Assembly (NCBI GenBank): GCA_050302075.1
Contig: JBNLAH010000003.1
Location: 32,001 to 96,000, forward strand
Origin: Parachlamydiales bacterium
Lineage (GTDB): Bacteria > Chlamydiota > Chlamydiia > Chlamydiales > SM23-39
Reading direction: 5' to 3'
DNA length: 64,000 bases
A program made the translations under genes and the position numbers. Position 1 is the first letter of the stretch. Each line of letters begins with the position of its first letter. The notes below the pieces were generated by a model, which was given only the letters and a program-made list of their open reading frames with translations, searched no databases and had not been told where the DNA came from. This document shows positions 48,746-58,337 of the stretch, in pieces.

Positions 48746-49664
48746 GAGCAAGGCTAAGAAAAAATTAAATGTTCTACCTAATAACCCGGAGCAAAATGAC
48801 AATCCAGGATCATGCGGACCTGGAAGATTTCCATCTTGGCTCCATAGGAAGGTCCCAAAAGGAAAAAAGCAATTTAAAACAAATACAATTTTAGAAAAGT
48901 ATCAACTTAGTACTGTTTGTGAAGAGGCAAAGTGCCCAAATCGTATGGAATGCTTTTCAAAAAAAACAGCCACCTTTTTGGCTTTAGGTAAGCAATGTAC
49001 CAGAGCATGTGGATTTTGTGATATTGACTTTTCCAAAAACCCCAAAGCACCTGAAAAAGATGAGCCTGTAAGAATTGCCTACTCTGTCAAAGAGCTTGGC
49101 CTGAGGCATGTCGTTATCACAATGGTCGCAAGGGACGACTTAGAAGATCACGGAGCATCTCATATAGCAAAGATAATTGATAAAATTAGAGAAATTAATC
49201 AAACTGCCACTGTAGAAGTCTTGACATCTGATTTTTCTGGAAGTGAAGATAGCCTTAATATCGTATTAAATAGAAAACCAGAGGTCTTCAATCATAATAT
49301 TGAAACAGTAAGAGAAATATCTCCTAAGGTCAGACATAGCGCAACTTATGACAGAACTCTAGAAGTATTGGCTAGAGCTAAACAGTCAAATAAATGTAAA
49401 TATATCAAGTCAGGCATAATGGTCGGATTTGGAGAAACCCCCGAGCAGGTTCAATCAACAATTAAAGACCTAAAAGATGTGGGCTGCGACATCATCACTA
49501 TAGGTCAATATCTCCAGGCATCGAGACTAAAGCTAAGAGTAAAGGAATTTGTCACTCCTGAGACTTTTAAAAAGTATGAAAACTTTGGCAAAAGCATTAA
49601 TGTCAAACATATGTATTGCGGTCCATTTGTTAGATCTAGCTACAACGCTTCACTTTTTTTATAA
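48738..49664 (+). CDS. lipA: Lipoyl synthase
   Basis: CEEAKCPNRMEC, radical-SAM CTRACGFC, C-terminal VRSSY. Confidence 0.97.
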   Translation: MIESKAKKKLNVLPNNPEQNDNPGSCGPGRFPSWLHRKVPKGKKQFKTNTILEKYQLSTVCEEAKCPNRMECFSKKTATFLALGKQCTRACGFCDIDFSKNPKAPEKDEPVRIAYSVKELGLRHVVITMVARDDLEDHGASHIAKIIDKIREINQTATVEVLTSDFSGSEDSLNIVLNRKPEVFNHNIETVREISPKVRHSATYDRTLEVLARAKQSNKCKYIKSGIMVGFGETPEQVQSTIKDLKDVGCDIITIGQYLQASRLKLRVKEFVTPETFKKYENFGKSINVKHMYCGPFVRSSYNASLFL

Positions 49665-49725
49665 AAAATAATTCTTGATTTCTACTGCTCTTTAGAGGTA
49701 ATTGTTGCCTTAAGGGGGTGGATGA

Positions 49726-51003
49726 ATGAATGGGAGTGTGGCTACTGTTGTATTAGCCGGAGGTCAAGGTACAAGGCTTTTTCCTTTGACTCTTCGTCAT
49801 TGCAAGCCAGCTGTTTATTTTGGGGGGCTTTATCGTTTAATTGATATTCCAATATCAAATGCTCTTAACTCAGATATGAGGCAAATTTTTGTAATAGCCC
49901 AATATCTAAGTACAGAGCTTCATCATCACCTATCACAGACATATCAATTTGAAAATATTCAAAAAGGTTCACTAGATTTTTTGACCCCGCAAGAAAGACC
50001 GAATGGTGAGAAAGTTTGGTTTAACGGCACCGCCGATGCAGTTCGAAAAAATCTTGAGTCGCTTTTAGAGTCCCCTGCCGATTACTTTCTTATCTTATCA
50101 GGAGACCAGCTATATAATATTGATTTCCAAAAAATGTTAGAATTCACAATTGAAAAAGATGCAGATCTTACAATTGCATCTCTACCAGTAAAAGAAAACG
50201 ACGCTTCAAGGCTTGGGGTTTTAAAAATTAATGACCAATCTAAAATTGAGGATTTTTTTGAGAAGCCCAAAGAACCTAGCATTCTAGATAAATTCAAGAT
50301 AAGTAAAGATTTTTTTAAAAAAAATAAACTTGCCATTGAAAAAAGTAAAACACACTTAGGTTCAATGGGTATTTATATATTTAAAAGAAACGTCTTAGCT
50401 TCACTTTTAATCGAAGACAATAGAGAAGACTTTGGGAAACATTTAATACCTTTTCAAATAAAAAAAGGTAGGTCATTTGCCTACGTATATGATGGTTATT
50501 GGGAAGATATCGGAACGATATCATCTTTTTATAATGCAAATATGGCCCTTACAGACAATACTCTAGGGTTGGATACATATGACGAGTCTCATCCGATTTA
50601 TTCACGACAGTTCCATTTACCAGGACCCAGGATTTTAGATACAAAAGTAACAAACTCTATCATATGTGATGGAAGTGTTATTAAGGGAAAAGAAATTACA
50701 AATTCTATTATAGGTCTAAGGTCTCACATAGAAAAAGGAACAACAGTCAAAAATAGCATTCTATGCCCCAATCATTATTACTTTAGACCTCCTTATCAAG
50801 AACATCTACCAGAAACCTTTGGAATTGGAGAAAATTGTTTGATTGAAAATGCAATCATAGATGAACATGTTCGAATTGGAAATAATGTTAAGCTAATAAA
50901 TAAAGAAAAGCGCTTAAACTACGATGGCAATGGAGCATATATAAGAGATGGCATTATCGTAGTTACTGCAGGAACTTACCTTCCGGACAATTTTGTTTTA
51001 TGA
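49726..51003 (+). CDS. glgC: Glucose-1-phosphate adenylyltransferase
   Basis: LAGGQGTRLFPLT..KPAV, GTADAVR, LSGDQLY, FFEKP, SMGIYIF, DFGK, YWEDIGT. Confidence 0.96.
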   Translation: MNGSVATVVLAGGQGTRLFPLTLRHCKPAVYFGGLYRLIDIPISNALNSDMRQIFVIAQYLSTELHHHLSQTYQFENIQKGSLDFLTPQERPNGEKVWFNGTADAVRKNLESLLESPADYFLILSGDQLYNIDFQKMLEFTIEKDADLTIASLPVKENDASRLGVLKINDQSKIEDFFEKPKEPSILDKFKISKDFFKKNKLAIEKSKTHLGSMGIYIFKRNVLASLLIEDNREDFGKHLIPFQIKKGRSFAYVYDGYWEDIGTISSFYNANMALTDNTLGLDTYDESHPIYSRQFHLPGPRILDTKVTNSIICDGSVIKGKEITNSIIGLRSHIEKGTTVKNSILCPNHYYFRPPYQEHLPETFGIGENCLIENAIIDEHVRIGNNVKLINKEKRLNYDGNGAYIRDGIIVVTAGTYLPDNFVL

Positions 51004-51746
51004 GTGTTTGGGCAATTGCTGATTTACATCTATCAATTAGCACTCCCGCTAAATCTATGGAAATACTTTCTGATAAGTGGAAAAACTATCACGAAAGAAT
51101 TCAAAATAATTGGTCTAGTTTAATAAAAAATGAAGACCTTGTGTTAATTCCAGGAGATATTAGTTGGGCATCTACACTAGATGATGCTTTAGTAGATCTT
51201 GAATGGTTAGATAAATTACCAGGGAAAAAGCTACTTTTAAAAGGTAATCATGACTACTGGTGGGGATCTTTGAGCAAAGTAAAAGCAGTACTTCCAAAAT
51301 CCATTTCAGTACTCCAAAACGATATCTATACATTTAACGATATTACAGTTGGAGGCGCCAGACTGTGGGATACACAAGAATACAGTTTTGATGACTATAT
51401 CGAGTTTGTAGAAAATCCTCACGCTAAAGATAAAGAAGAAAGCACTCAGGTTGACTTGCAAGAAAAAATCTTTGAAAGAGAACTCATGCGACTTGAAATG
51501 AGCCTTTCAAAAATTCCAAAAAATGCAAAACATAAAATTGCATTGACGCATTACCCCCCAATTTCTGCTGATTTAAAATCTTCTAGAGCATCTCAAATAT
51601 TAGAAAAATACAGCATTCAAACTTGTATCTTTGGCCATCTGCACTCTATAAAAGATAATGTAAAAATGTTTGGTAAAAAAAATAACGTAAATTACATTTT
51701 TGCTGCTGCCGACTACATTGATTTTAAGCCCCTACTTATTATTTAG
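51000..51746 (+). CDS. Calcineurin-like metallophosphoesterase
   Basis: IADLH, PGDISW, KGNHDYWW, THYPP, FGHLH. Confidence 0.88.
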   Translation: MSVWAIADLHLSISTPAKSMEILSDKWKNYHERIQNNWSSLIKNEDLVLIPGDISWASTLDDALVDLEWLDKLPGKKLLLKGNHDYWWGSLSKVKAVLPKSISVLQNDIYTFNDITVGGARLWDTQEYSFDDYIEFVENPHAKDKEESTQVDLQEKIFERELMRLEMSLSKIPKNAKHKIALTHYPPISADLKSSRASQILEKYSIQTCIFGHLHSIKDNVKMFGKKNNVNYIFAAADYIDFKPLLII

Positions 51747-51747
51747 A

Positions 51748-52725
51748 CTAATGAAGCGTTAGCTTAAATTTCTTAATATCGGGATCTTCTGAATTTATTT
51801 TTTCAATAGGTTTTCTATTTTGACGCAAATTCATAATTCTTTGGATGGATTTCTCCATGTCATCTTGGTCAAGCCTACGATAGTAGTCTGCTACTATCTT
51901 CATAAGCTCTACAAAATCTTCCTCAGTCTTAAGAATTTCTAAGGTAAGCTTGGCCAGTTTTACAAATATAGCGCGGTCACCTACTTGAACCATAAATCTT
52001 AAAATTTCAAGCTGAAGATCCAAATCGTTATTTTTCTTGAGCTCTTTGACTAGCTTTTTGACTATCTCATTTGCATCTGAAATATCCTCATCAGCTGCAA
52101 CTTTTGCTTTTAAAAAGTCAAACCATTTTAAGTCACTTAAATACGGATAAAATCCGTCAATTAACTCAGCTGCATATAAGAAATATCCAGCATCGATCTG
52201 CTCGCAAATATAATCATACAAAAACCCTTCTAAATCATGGGCACAATATTCAGTTAAACTATTGAAAATCTCTTTAGGTTCTACCCCAAGATCTGCATTT
52301 TCATCCAAAATCTCCATTAAATTGGCTAAAGAATCCTGGATAATTTCGTCATTATCTAAAATCCCCTGATCATACTGATAGATCCGGTTGTCAAGCTCGT
52401 CACAAAAAATCGACAAAGTTTGCTTCTCAGGAACAAGCCTTCTCCATATTTCAAAAACCAATAAATATACCTTATCATAAAGGCTTGGCTCTTCTATTTC
52501 AGCCAGAATAACATCGGTCATCCCCTCTGGACTTTCGCAACTATTAGCATACTGAATAAAAGCATGCTTATCTAAAGGGATATTTAAGTTATTAAGTTGA
52601 AGAAATAACTCATCCAATGATAATGTCCTTAGATCTTTGATTTGCCACTCTTCCACAGAGATAGAGGGATCATCTAAGGAATTTAATCGTAGTAAATTAT
52701 ATAATGCTTTTGTATGAAACTTCAT
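51748..52725 (-). CDS. Conserved hypothetical acidic helical protein
   Basis: 325-aa ORF with coding-like composition (YLLVFEIWRRL, FCDELD); no function recognised. Confidence 0.75.
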   Translation of the reverse strand: MKFHTKALYNLLRLNSLDDPSISVEEWQIKDLRTLSLDELFLQLNNLNIPLDKHAFIQYANSCESPEGMTDVILAEIEEPSLYDKVYLLVFEIWRRLVPEKQTLSIFCDELDNRIYQYDQGILDNDEIIQDSLANLMEILDENADLGVEPKEIFNSLTEYCAHDLEGFLYDYICEQIDAGYFLYAAELIDGFYPYLSDLKWFDFLKAKVAADEDISDANEIVKKLVKELKKNNDLDLQLEILRFMVQVGDRAIFVKLAKLTLEILKTEEDFVELMKIVADYYRRLDQDDMEKSIQRIMNLRQNRKPIEKINSEDPDIKKFKLTLH

Positions 52726-52808
52726 AAAAAAAATGATACTATTTATTTCAATATATAGTCAAATCAAGCTTTAAAAAGATATAAATCTCAAATATTTTTT
52801 AAAATCAA

Positions 52809-53246
52809 ATGATTTATAAACGCAAAAAAAATAATTTTTTATTATTAGAAGTAATAATAGCTTTCACATTAATTTTTTTCTTTACTTTTCCCTTCTTAAA
52901 AAGACCATACTCTCTTTTTCATAGCGAAAAAAAGCAACTTGTTAAAATTGAAAAAGAGAGAATAGCCTATATTTCCTTTTCTGAGATATTAAATAAGGTA
53001 TACAAGAAAAAATTTTCCTTGAAAGAGCTTGATATAGCTTCAGAAAAAAAAGCCCCTATGTACTCTTTATCCGAATATACATCGTATTTGGGAGTTCCCA
53101 TCCAAAGAACATATCAGTTGATACGCAAATCAAAGAAAACTTCTCGAAATAACACCACCCTTATTAAAATGAAAATAGTGTTATCTCTCACAGATGGAAT
53201 TTCTAATGAGAAATTCAACTATTATTTTTTAATTGAAACCAACTGA
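52809..53246 (+). CDS. Type II secretion pseudopilin-like protein
   Basis: Basic leader followed by FLLLEVIIAF (Glu at +5) and a hydrophobic helix. Confidence 0.6.
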   Translation: MIYKRKKNNFLLLEVIIAFTLIFFFTFPFLKRPYSLFHSEKKQLVKIEKERIAYISFSEILNKVYKKKFSLKELDIASEKKAPMYSLSEYTSYLGVPIQRTYQLIRKSKKTSRNNTTLIKMKIVLSLTDGISNEKFNYYFLIETN

Positions 53247-53292
53247 TATTTTTTTTCTTTTCACAAAAAACAAAAATTTGCATCTTGCAAAT

Positions 53293-55155
53293 ATGGAAGA
53301 GAAAAAGACAATATTCAAGCCTTACGTCTCCAAAGACAAGACAATTAAAGAATTTTCAATTAAATCGATTGTCTTAGGAACTATCTTAGGCTTCTTGTTT
53401 GCAATTGGAAACGCCTACTTAGGGTTAAAAATTGGAACAACTATTTCAGCCTCAATTCCTGCTGCTATTATCTCAATGGGAATTTTTAAAATCCTGTTTA
53501 GAAAAAATGCAACTATTTTAGAGAACAACATTGTACAAACAATTGCAACCGTTGGAGAAGGACTGGCAGCCGGAGTAATTTTTACGATCCCAGCTTTAAT
53601 TATTCTTGGAGACCCCCCATCTATAGGAAAAATTTTTATAGTAAGTTTCCTCGGAGGAATCCTAGGTGTCTTATTTATGATACCTATGCGAAGATACATT
53701 ATTGTTGAAGAACATGGAGTATTGCCATTCCCAGAAGGGACTGCCTGCGCTGAAATTTTAAAAACAGGCGAAAAAGAACACAAAACTGCGATCATGGCCC
53801 TATGGGGAATAATGATCGGGGCTCTTTATAAACTATGCTCTGGCTTCGGTCTATGGGCAGAAAAATTCACATACATCTTAAAGCCTTTTCAAAAAGCAAA
53901 CATAAGCATTGACGCCACTCCTTCTTTAGTTGGAGTGGGATTTATAATCGGCCCCAAAATAACAAGTATTATGTTCTCAGGTGGAGTTCTAGCATGGTGG
54001 GTTGTAATCCCTTTAATTCGGATGTTCGCAGCTGAAAACTCGATAATTTATCCATCAACTATCCCATTTGCAGAAATGAGCTCAAATGAGATTTGGGCAA
54101 ACTATGTTCGCTATATTGGAGCTGGAACTGTTGCAACCGGGGGGCTTTTAAGCTTAATAAAAATTTGGCCTCTTATCTTTAAGACTGTGCACGTTGGAGT
54201 GAAAGAACTATTTAGCGGATTAAAGCACAAAAAAAAATTAGACAGAACAGATCAGGACATTTCTTTAGCATGGTTAATTCTGGGGTCAATCGCAATTATT
54301 TTAACACTTTGGCTACTGCCAAACCTCTCAATGAACCTGACTACTATTATTCTATTGGTAATTATTGGTTTTTTCTTTGTTGCCGTTACATCCATTACCG
54401 TTGGATTAGTTGGATCTACATCAAATCCAGCCTCAGGCATGACTATCACAACCTTGTTGATTACTTGCCTAGTTTTTGTACTCTTGGGTTGGACTGAAAG
54501 ATTTTATTTAATTGCTGCAATCACTATGGCTGCTGTGGCAAACATTGCAATTTGTATGGCGGCCACAACTTCTCAAGACCTCAAAGCTGGATTTTTATTG
54601 GGGGCAACCCCGAAAGCACAGCAGGTAGCTGAAATAATAGGCATCTTTATCCCTGCTTTAGCCTTAGGAGGCACTCTATACATCTTAAACGAAGCTTACA
54701 CTCTTGGTTCAGATAATATGCCAGCTCCACAAGCTACCTTAATGGCGTTGATAGCCCAAGGAGTTATCGAAGGAGAACTGCCTTATACACTATTCATCAT
54801 TGGCATAATCATTGGACTAATTGTTCAATTAATAAAAATCCCAGTGCTGCCCTTCGCTATCGGACTTTATTTGCCCCTTTCATTAACATCAGGTATACTT
54901 TTTGGTGGAATTGCCTCTTGGTACGTTAACAGACATACAAAATCAGAAGAGGCTAAAGAAAAGGGAATATTAATATCTTCAGGATTCGTCGGAGGAGATG
55001 CTTGTATCGGAATAATAATAGCAATTCTAACTGTCTTTGGGGCCGTTTCTCCAGAAGCAACAAGCCTGCTTCCTTCTTATTTTTCTTTTATTACCTACGC
55101 TCTTTTAACTCTATTCTTAGTCTACTTTTCTCTAAAAAAGACAAAAAAAGTATAA
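53293..55155 (+). CDS. Oligopeptide transporter, OPT family (YSL-like clade)
   Basis: NAYLGLKIG, ASIPAAII, ENNIVQT, LPFPEGTACAE, SNPASG, QDLKAG, PAPQATLM; many TM helices; likely ATG at 53293. Confidence 0.92.
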   Translation: MEEKKTIFKPYVSKDKTIKEFSIKSIVLGTILGFLFAIGNAYLGLKIGTTISASIPAAIISMGIFKILFRKNATILENNIVQTIATVGEGLAAGVIFTIPALIILGDPPSIGKIFIVSFLGGILGVLFMIPMRRYIIVEEHGVLPFPEGTACAEILKTGEKEHKTAIMALWGIMIGALYKLCSGFGLWAEKFTYILKPFQKANISIDATPSLVGVGFIIGPKITSIMFSGGVLAWWVVIPLIRMFAAENSIIYPSTIPFAEMSSNEIWANYVRYIGAGTVATGGLLSLIKIWPLIFKTVHVGVKELFSGLKHKKKLDRTDQDISLAWLILGSIAIILTLWLLPNLSMNLTTIILLVIIGFFFVAVTSITVGLVGSTSNPASGMTITTLLITCLVFVLLGWTERFYLIAAITMAAVANIAICMAATTSQDLKAGFLLGATPKAQQVAEIIGIFIPALALGGTLYILNEAYTLGSDNMPAPQATLMALIAQGVIEGELPYTLFIIGIIIGLIVQLIKIPVLPFAIGLYLPLSLTSGILFGGIASWYVNRHTKSEEAKEKGILISSGFVGGDACIGIIIAILTVFGAVSPEATSLLPSYFSFITYALLTLFLVYFSLKKTKKV

Positions 55156-55727
55156 AACGTTCCTTCTTTTCACTCCTTGAAATAAGTATTTCCTTATTTT
55201 TAATTTCTATTTTGTTAACAGGACTTTTTTCTTTTTTGACAGACCTCCCAAAAGCAGATAAATACCTTCGTGAAAAAAAACAGAAAATTTTAGAAATAAA
55301 TTTTTTGCAGATGAGACTGCAACAAACCTTTAGTAAGTGCCTTCTTGAATCAGATGTAGAATTCCAATTTGAATTTTCATCAGAAGACAAAAAGCTTTCT
55401 TATGTATTGGACTTAGGAATTGATAGGGATCCCGATTTTAGTGGTCCAGTAAATGCTGCTATTTATATTGATCAAAATAATAATTTAATAATAAATTACT
55501 CTTCTACCCAAAATACTAAAAAAGAAAAGTATGAGATTTTGTTAAAAGACGTATCTGACATTGATTTTTTCTTCTATGACGATGAAAACAAAAAATGGCA
55601 AAAAAATAAACTGCTAAAACAAGCTATTTTGCCAAAGATGCTTAAAGTTGTAGCATACAAAAACAACACGAAAATTGAATTTGCTTATATTTTTCCACAA
55701 ACAGAACCAATAATGATCAAATCATGA
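55152..55727 (+). CDS. Type II secretion pseudopilin-like protein (GspJ-like); start codon uncertain
   Basis: IKRSFFSLLEISISL prepilin-like leader. The nearest plausible start is ATA at 55152 overlapping the OPT stop; the only canonical start (TTG 55002) lies 150 nt inside OPT. Confidence 0.55.
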   Translation: MKRSFFSLLEISISLFLISILLTGLFSFLTDLPKADKYLREKKQKILEINFLQMRLQQTFSKCLLESDVEFQFEFSSEDKKLSYVLDLGIDRDPDFSGPVNAAIYIDQNNNLIINYSSTQNTKKEKYEILLKDVSDIDFFFYDDENKKWQKNKLLKQAILPKMLKVVAYKNNTKIEFAYIFPQTEPIMIKS

Positions 55728-56590
55728 ATATACTAGGATATATATCAGCAATTTTAATCTTAATTGGAATAGCTTTTCAAAACTATTATATGGGATGGTT
55801 CTTAGATAAGAAAATCAATGATAATCTAAAAGGATATCATACAGCATTTCACGAAATCGAAAAAAAATACATAAATCAAAAGTTTGATTCTATTCCAGAG
55901 AAAAAAGAAAGAAAGAATTCTCCTCAAGATATTGAAAGCAAGGCTAGTTTAAAGATGCCTCATAAAAAGGAACTAACCCCTCCCTGCATGCGCTTGAATT
56001 TATGGAGCTACAAAAATGCAGACCTAAATAATCCAATAAACTTTCATGTAATAGATAAGCTGCTTACTTTTCTATATGGTGATGTAATTATTCCAAAAGA
56101 AAGGATCCCAGGTTTTTCTAAAAATCTAATTAAAGCAATCCAAGCCAAAAAAACATCAAAAGTTCATTTAGAACAGTTAAAATTTGATACCCCTCAAGAC
56201 CAAGAACTATTTTATAAAATGCTCAAAGGATGTGAAAATAGCTACCCTTCTCTTTTAAATTATGTAACTTTTGAAAGCTCTCCCTCCCCAAAAATCTGCA
56301 TAGCATGTGCAGACTATACCATTTTAGCAAGCCTGTTTAATGAACAAATAGCTGAAACATTGACATTCAACAAAAACGACCCTTTAGAACAAATAGCAAT
56401 AGATAAAGAGTCTTTCCAAAAAATCATCTCCTCATATTGCTTAGACAAAGCTTATCTTCCTGACTTTATGCTAAAACATAAAAAATCAAGCTTAGGTGAA
56501 GTCATAATCAGTTCTGAAGAAGAAAATACACATATTCAGCTGAATCAAAAAATGCCCTTGAACATCAATCGTGCAAAGAAAAATAGCTAG
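55724..56590 (+). CDS. Hypothetical membrane-anchored protein, possibly GspK-like
   Basis: N-terminal hydrophobic helix, RLNL motif, ATGA-coupled to the preceding pseudopilin-like gene. Confidence 0.55.
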   Translation: MNILGYISAILILIGIAFQNYYMGWFLDKKINDNLKGYHTAFHEIEKKYINQKFDSIPEKKERKNSPQDIESKASLKMPHKKELTPPCMRLNLWSYKNADLNNPINFHVIDKLLTFLYGDVIIPKERIPGFSKNLIKAIQAKKTSKVHLEQLKFDTPQDQELFYKMLKGCENSYPSLLNYVTFESSPSPKICIACADYTILASLFNEQIAETLTFNKNDPLEQIAIDKESFQKIISSYCLDKAYLPDFMLKHKKSSLGEVIISSEEENTHIQLNQKMPLNINRAKKNS

Positions 56591-58337
56591 GTAAAAAGAT
56601 TACAAATCTAGTTCCTTTCCCTTCTTTTGAAGTAACAGATATCTTACCATGATGTTTTTCGATTATGGTTTTGACGATAGATAATCCTAAACCCGCTCCA
56701 CCAAATCTTCTAGATCTAGCTTTATCAACCCTATAAAACCTCTCAAAAATATGCTCTAAGTCAGCTTCAGGAATCCCAATTCCATTATCAGTTATCTCTA
56801 ACTCAATTTCACTAGCCCATTGCGTTAGAACAATCTGAATATCAGGTTTTTCTTTTGAGTATTTGACGCTGTTTTCTAAAATGTTTAAAATTGCAAGTTC
56901 CAGCAAATGAAAATCCCCACCTATCGGATCAATTTCTGACTTTTTTTCAAACCTGACTTCAACGTCTTTATACGAATCCTGAATGATGTATATGCAATTT
57001 TCAATCATTGCAACAAAATCCATTTTTTCAAACCTTTCCGAAGAAAGATTTTCTACGTCAGCCAACGTCAAAAGACTTTTGACAAGTAAATCTAACCTTT
57101 GACAAGTTTTAACAATTTTATCCGTGATATTTGCTAACATTTCCTTAGATAAGTCTGGAATATCTTGCAAAGTCTCCGCAAACCCTCTTATTACTGTGAT
57201 AGGAGTTCGTAGCTCATGAGAGGCATTTGCTATAAAATCTTTTCCCATTTCAACGACTTTAAAGTCTGATGTCTTATCCTGAAAAACTAATACAGCTCCT
57301 TTTTTATGAGCTTTAGGGATTGCAATAATATCTAAAATTGCTTTTGTAGAATCATTTTTCATAAATCTTTCAATTATTATTTCTTCTTTTGCCTGACACT
57401 CCATTGTAATTTTTTCACATGTGTCAATCAAAGAAAGATGCTTATCTTTAAAACTAATTAAAGACTTTGAAATAATTTTTTCTTTTTGTGTGGTCAAAAT
57501 TTTAGCCGCCATATGATTTGCATAAGTAATTACACTAACCTCATTAACAGCTATGACCCCCTCCATTAAAGAGTCTAATATCGATTCATTTTCATTTTTT
57601 TGCGAAGTTAAGTTATTGATCTGATCCTTAATCTTGTCGGACAGAGAATTCAAAGTAAGCGCCAACTTCCCAAAATCATCCTGAACGTCTATTACATCGC
57701 TCAAGTCTATTTTAGGTAAGACTCCTTCTTTATAATCCTTGATTGAATTTAGGATGTGTTGAATAGGCCTACTTAAGCGATTTAAAACAAATAAGATCAT
57801 TACTGAAAATAAAATCAAAAGAACGATCCCAAATGACAGAAAGCCTATTTTAAAGTCCCTTTTCAAATCAGACACTTGTTTCAAGGGAAATGCAGTTCTA
57901 ATAACATATGTTTTTCCTTGGAACTCAAATGAAATTGCAACATATGCAAACGTCTGTGAAAATAATTTTGAATAGTCTTCCTTATATCCTACCCCTTTCT
58001 TAATTGCCTCAACAACTTCCGGATGCTCCACAAAATAGTTTTCTTGAAATTCCTCCCCTAGCAATCCTCTTACGTGTGAATCATATAGAACTATCCCTTG
58101 ATCTGAGATCAAACTCACTCGAAAAAATACTAAAAGCTCCTGATCTTTTAACTTCTGCACCATTTGATCAACGCTTTCAGAATCTTTAATTTTTATAATC
58201 AAATCCTCTGTTCTCTCCTCTAATGAGCGCTTAACTACATTTTGGACAGCTTTTTCAACTAATGGATACAAAAGAACTAAAAAAATCAAAAGAAGGGATA
58301 TCTGAGATATCAAAAGCTTTTTTCTATAACTAAGCAT
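56565..58337 (-). CDS. Sensor histidine kinase, PhoR-like (TM-HAMP-PAS-HisKA-HATPase)
   Basis: DFIANASHELRTP H-box, NILENSVKY, DNGIGIP, FERFYRVDKARSR, GAGLGLSI. Confidence 0.92.
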   Translation of the reverse strand: MLSYRKKLLISQISLLLIFLVLLYPLVEKAVQNVVKRSLEERTEDLIIKIKDSESVDQMVQKLKDQELLVFFRVSLISDQGIVLYDSHVRGLLGEEFQENYFVEHPEVVEAIKKGVGYKEDYSKLFSQTFAYVAISFEFQGKTYVIRTAFPLKQVSDLKRDFKIGFLSFGIVLLILFSVMILFVLNRLSRPIQHILNSIKDYKEGVLPKIDLSDVIDVQDDFGKLALTLNSLSDKIKDQINNLTSQKNENESILDSLMEGVIAVNEVSVITYANHMAAKILTTQKEKIISKSLISFKDKHLSLIDTCEKITMECQAKEEIIIERFMKNDSTKAILDIIAIPKAHKKGAVLVFQDKTSDFKVVEMGKDFIANASHELRTPITVIRGFAETLQDIPDLSKEMLANITDKIVKTCQRLDLLVKSLLTLADVENLSSERFEKMDFVAMIENCIYIIQDSYKDVEVRFEKKSEIDPIGGDFHLLELAILNILENSVKYSKEKPDIQIVLTQWASEIELEITDNGIGIPEADLEHIFERFYRVDKARSRRFGGAGLGLSIVKTIIEKHHGKISVTSKEGKGTRFVIFLPSYFSLHD

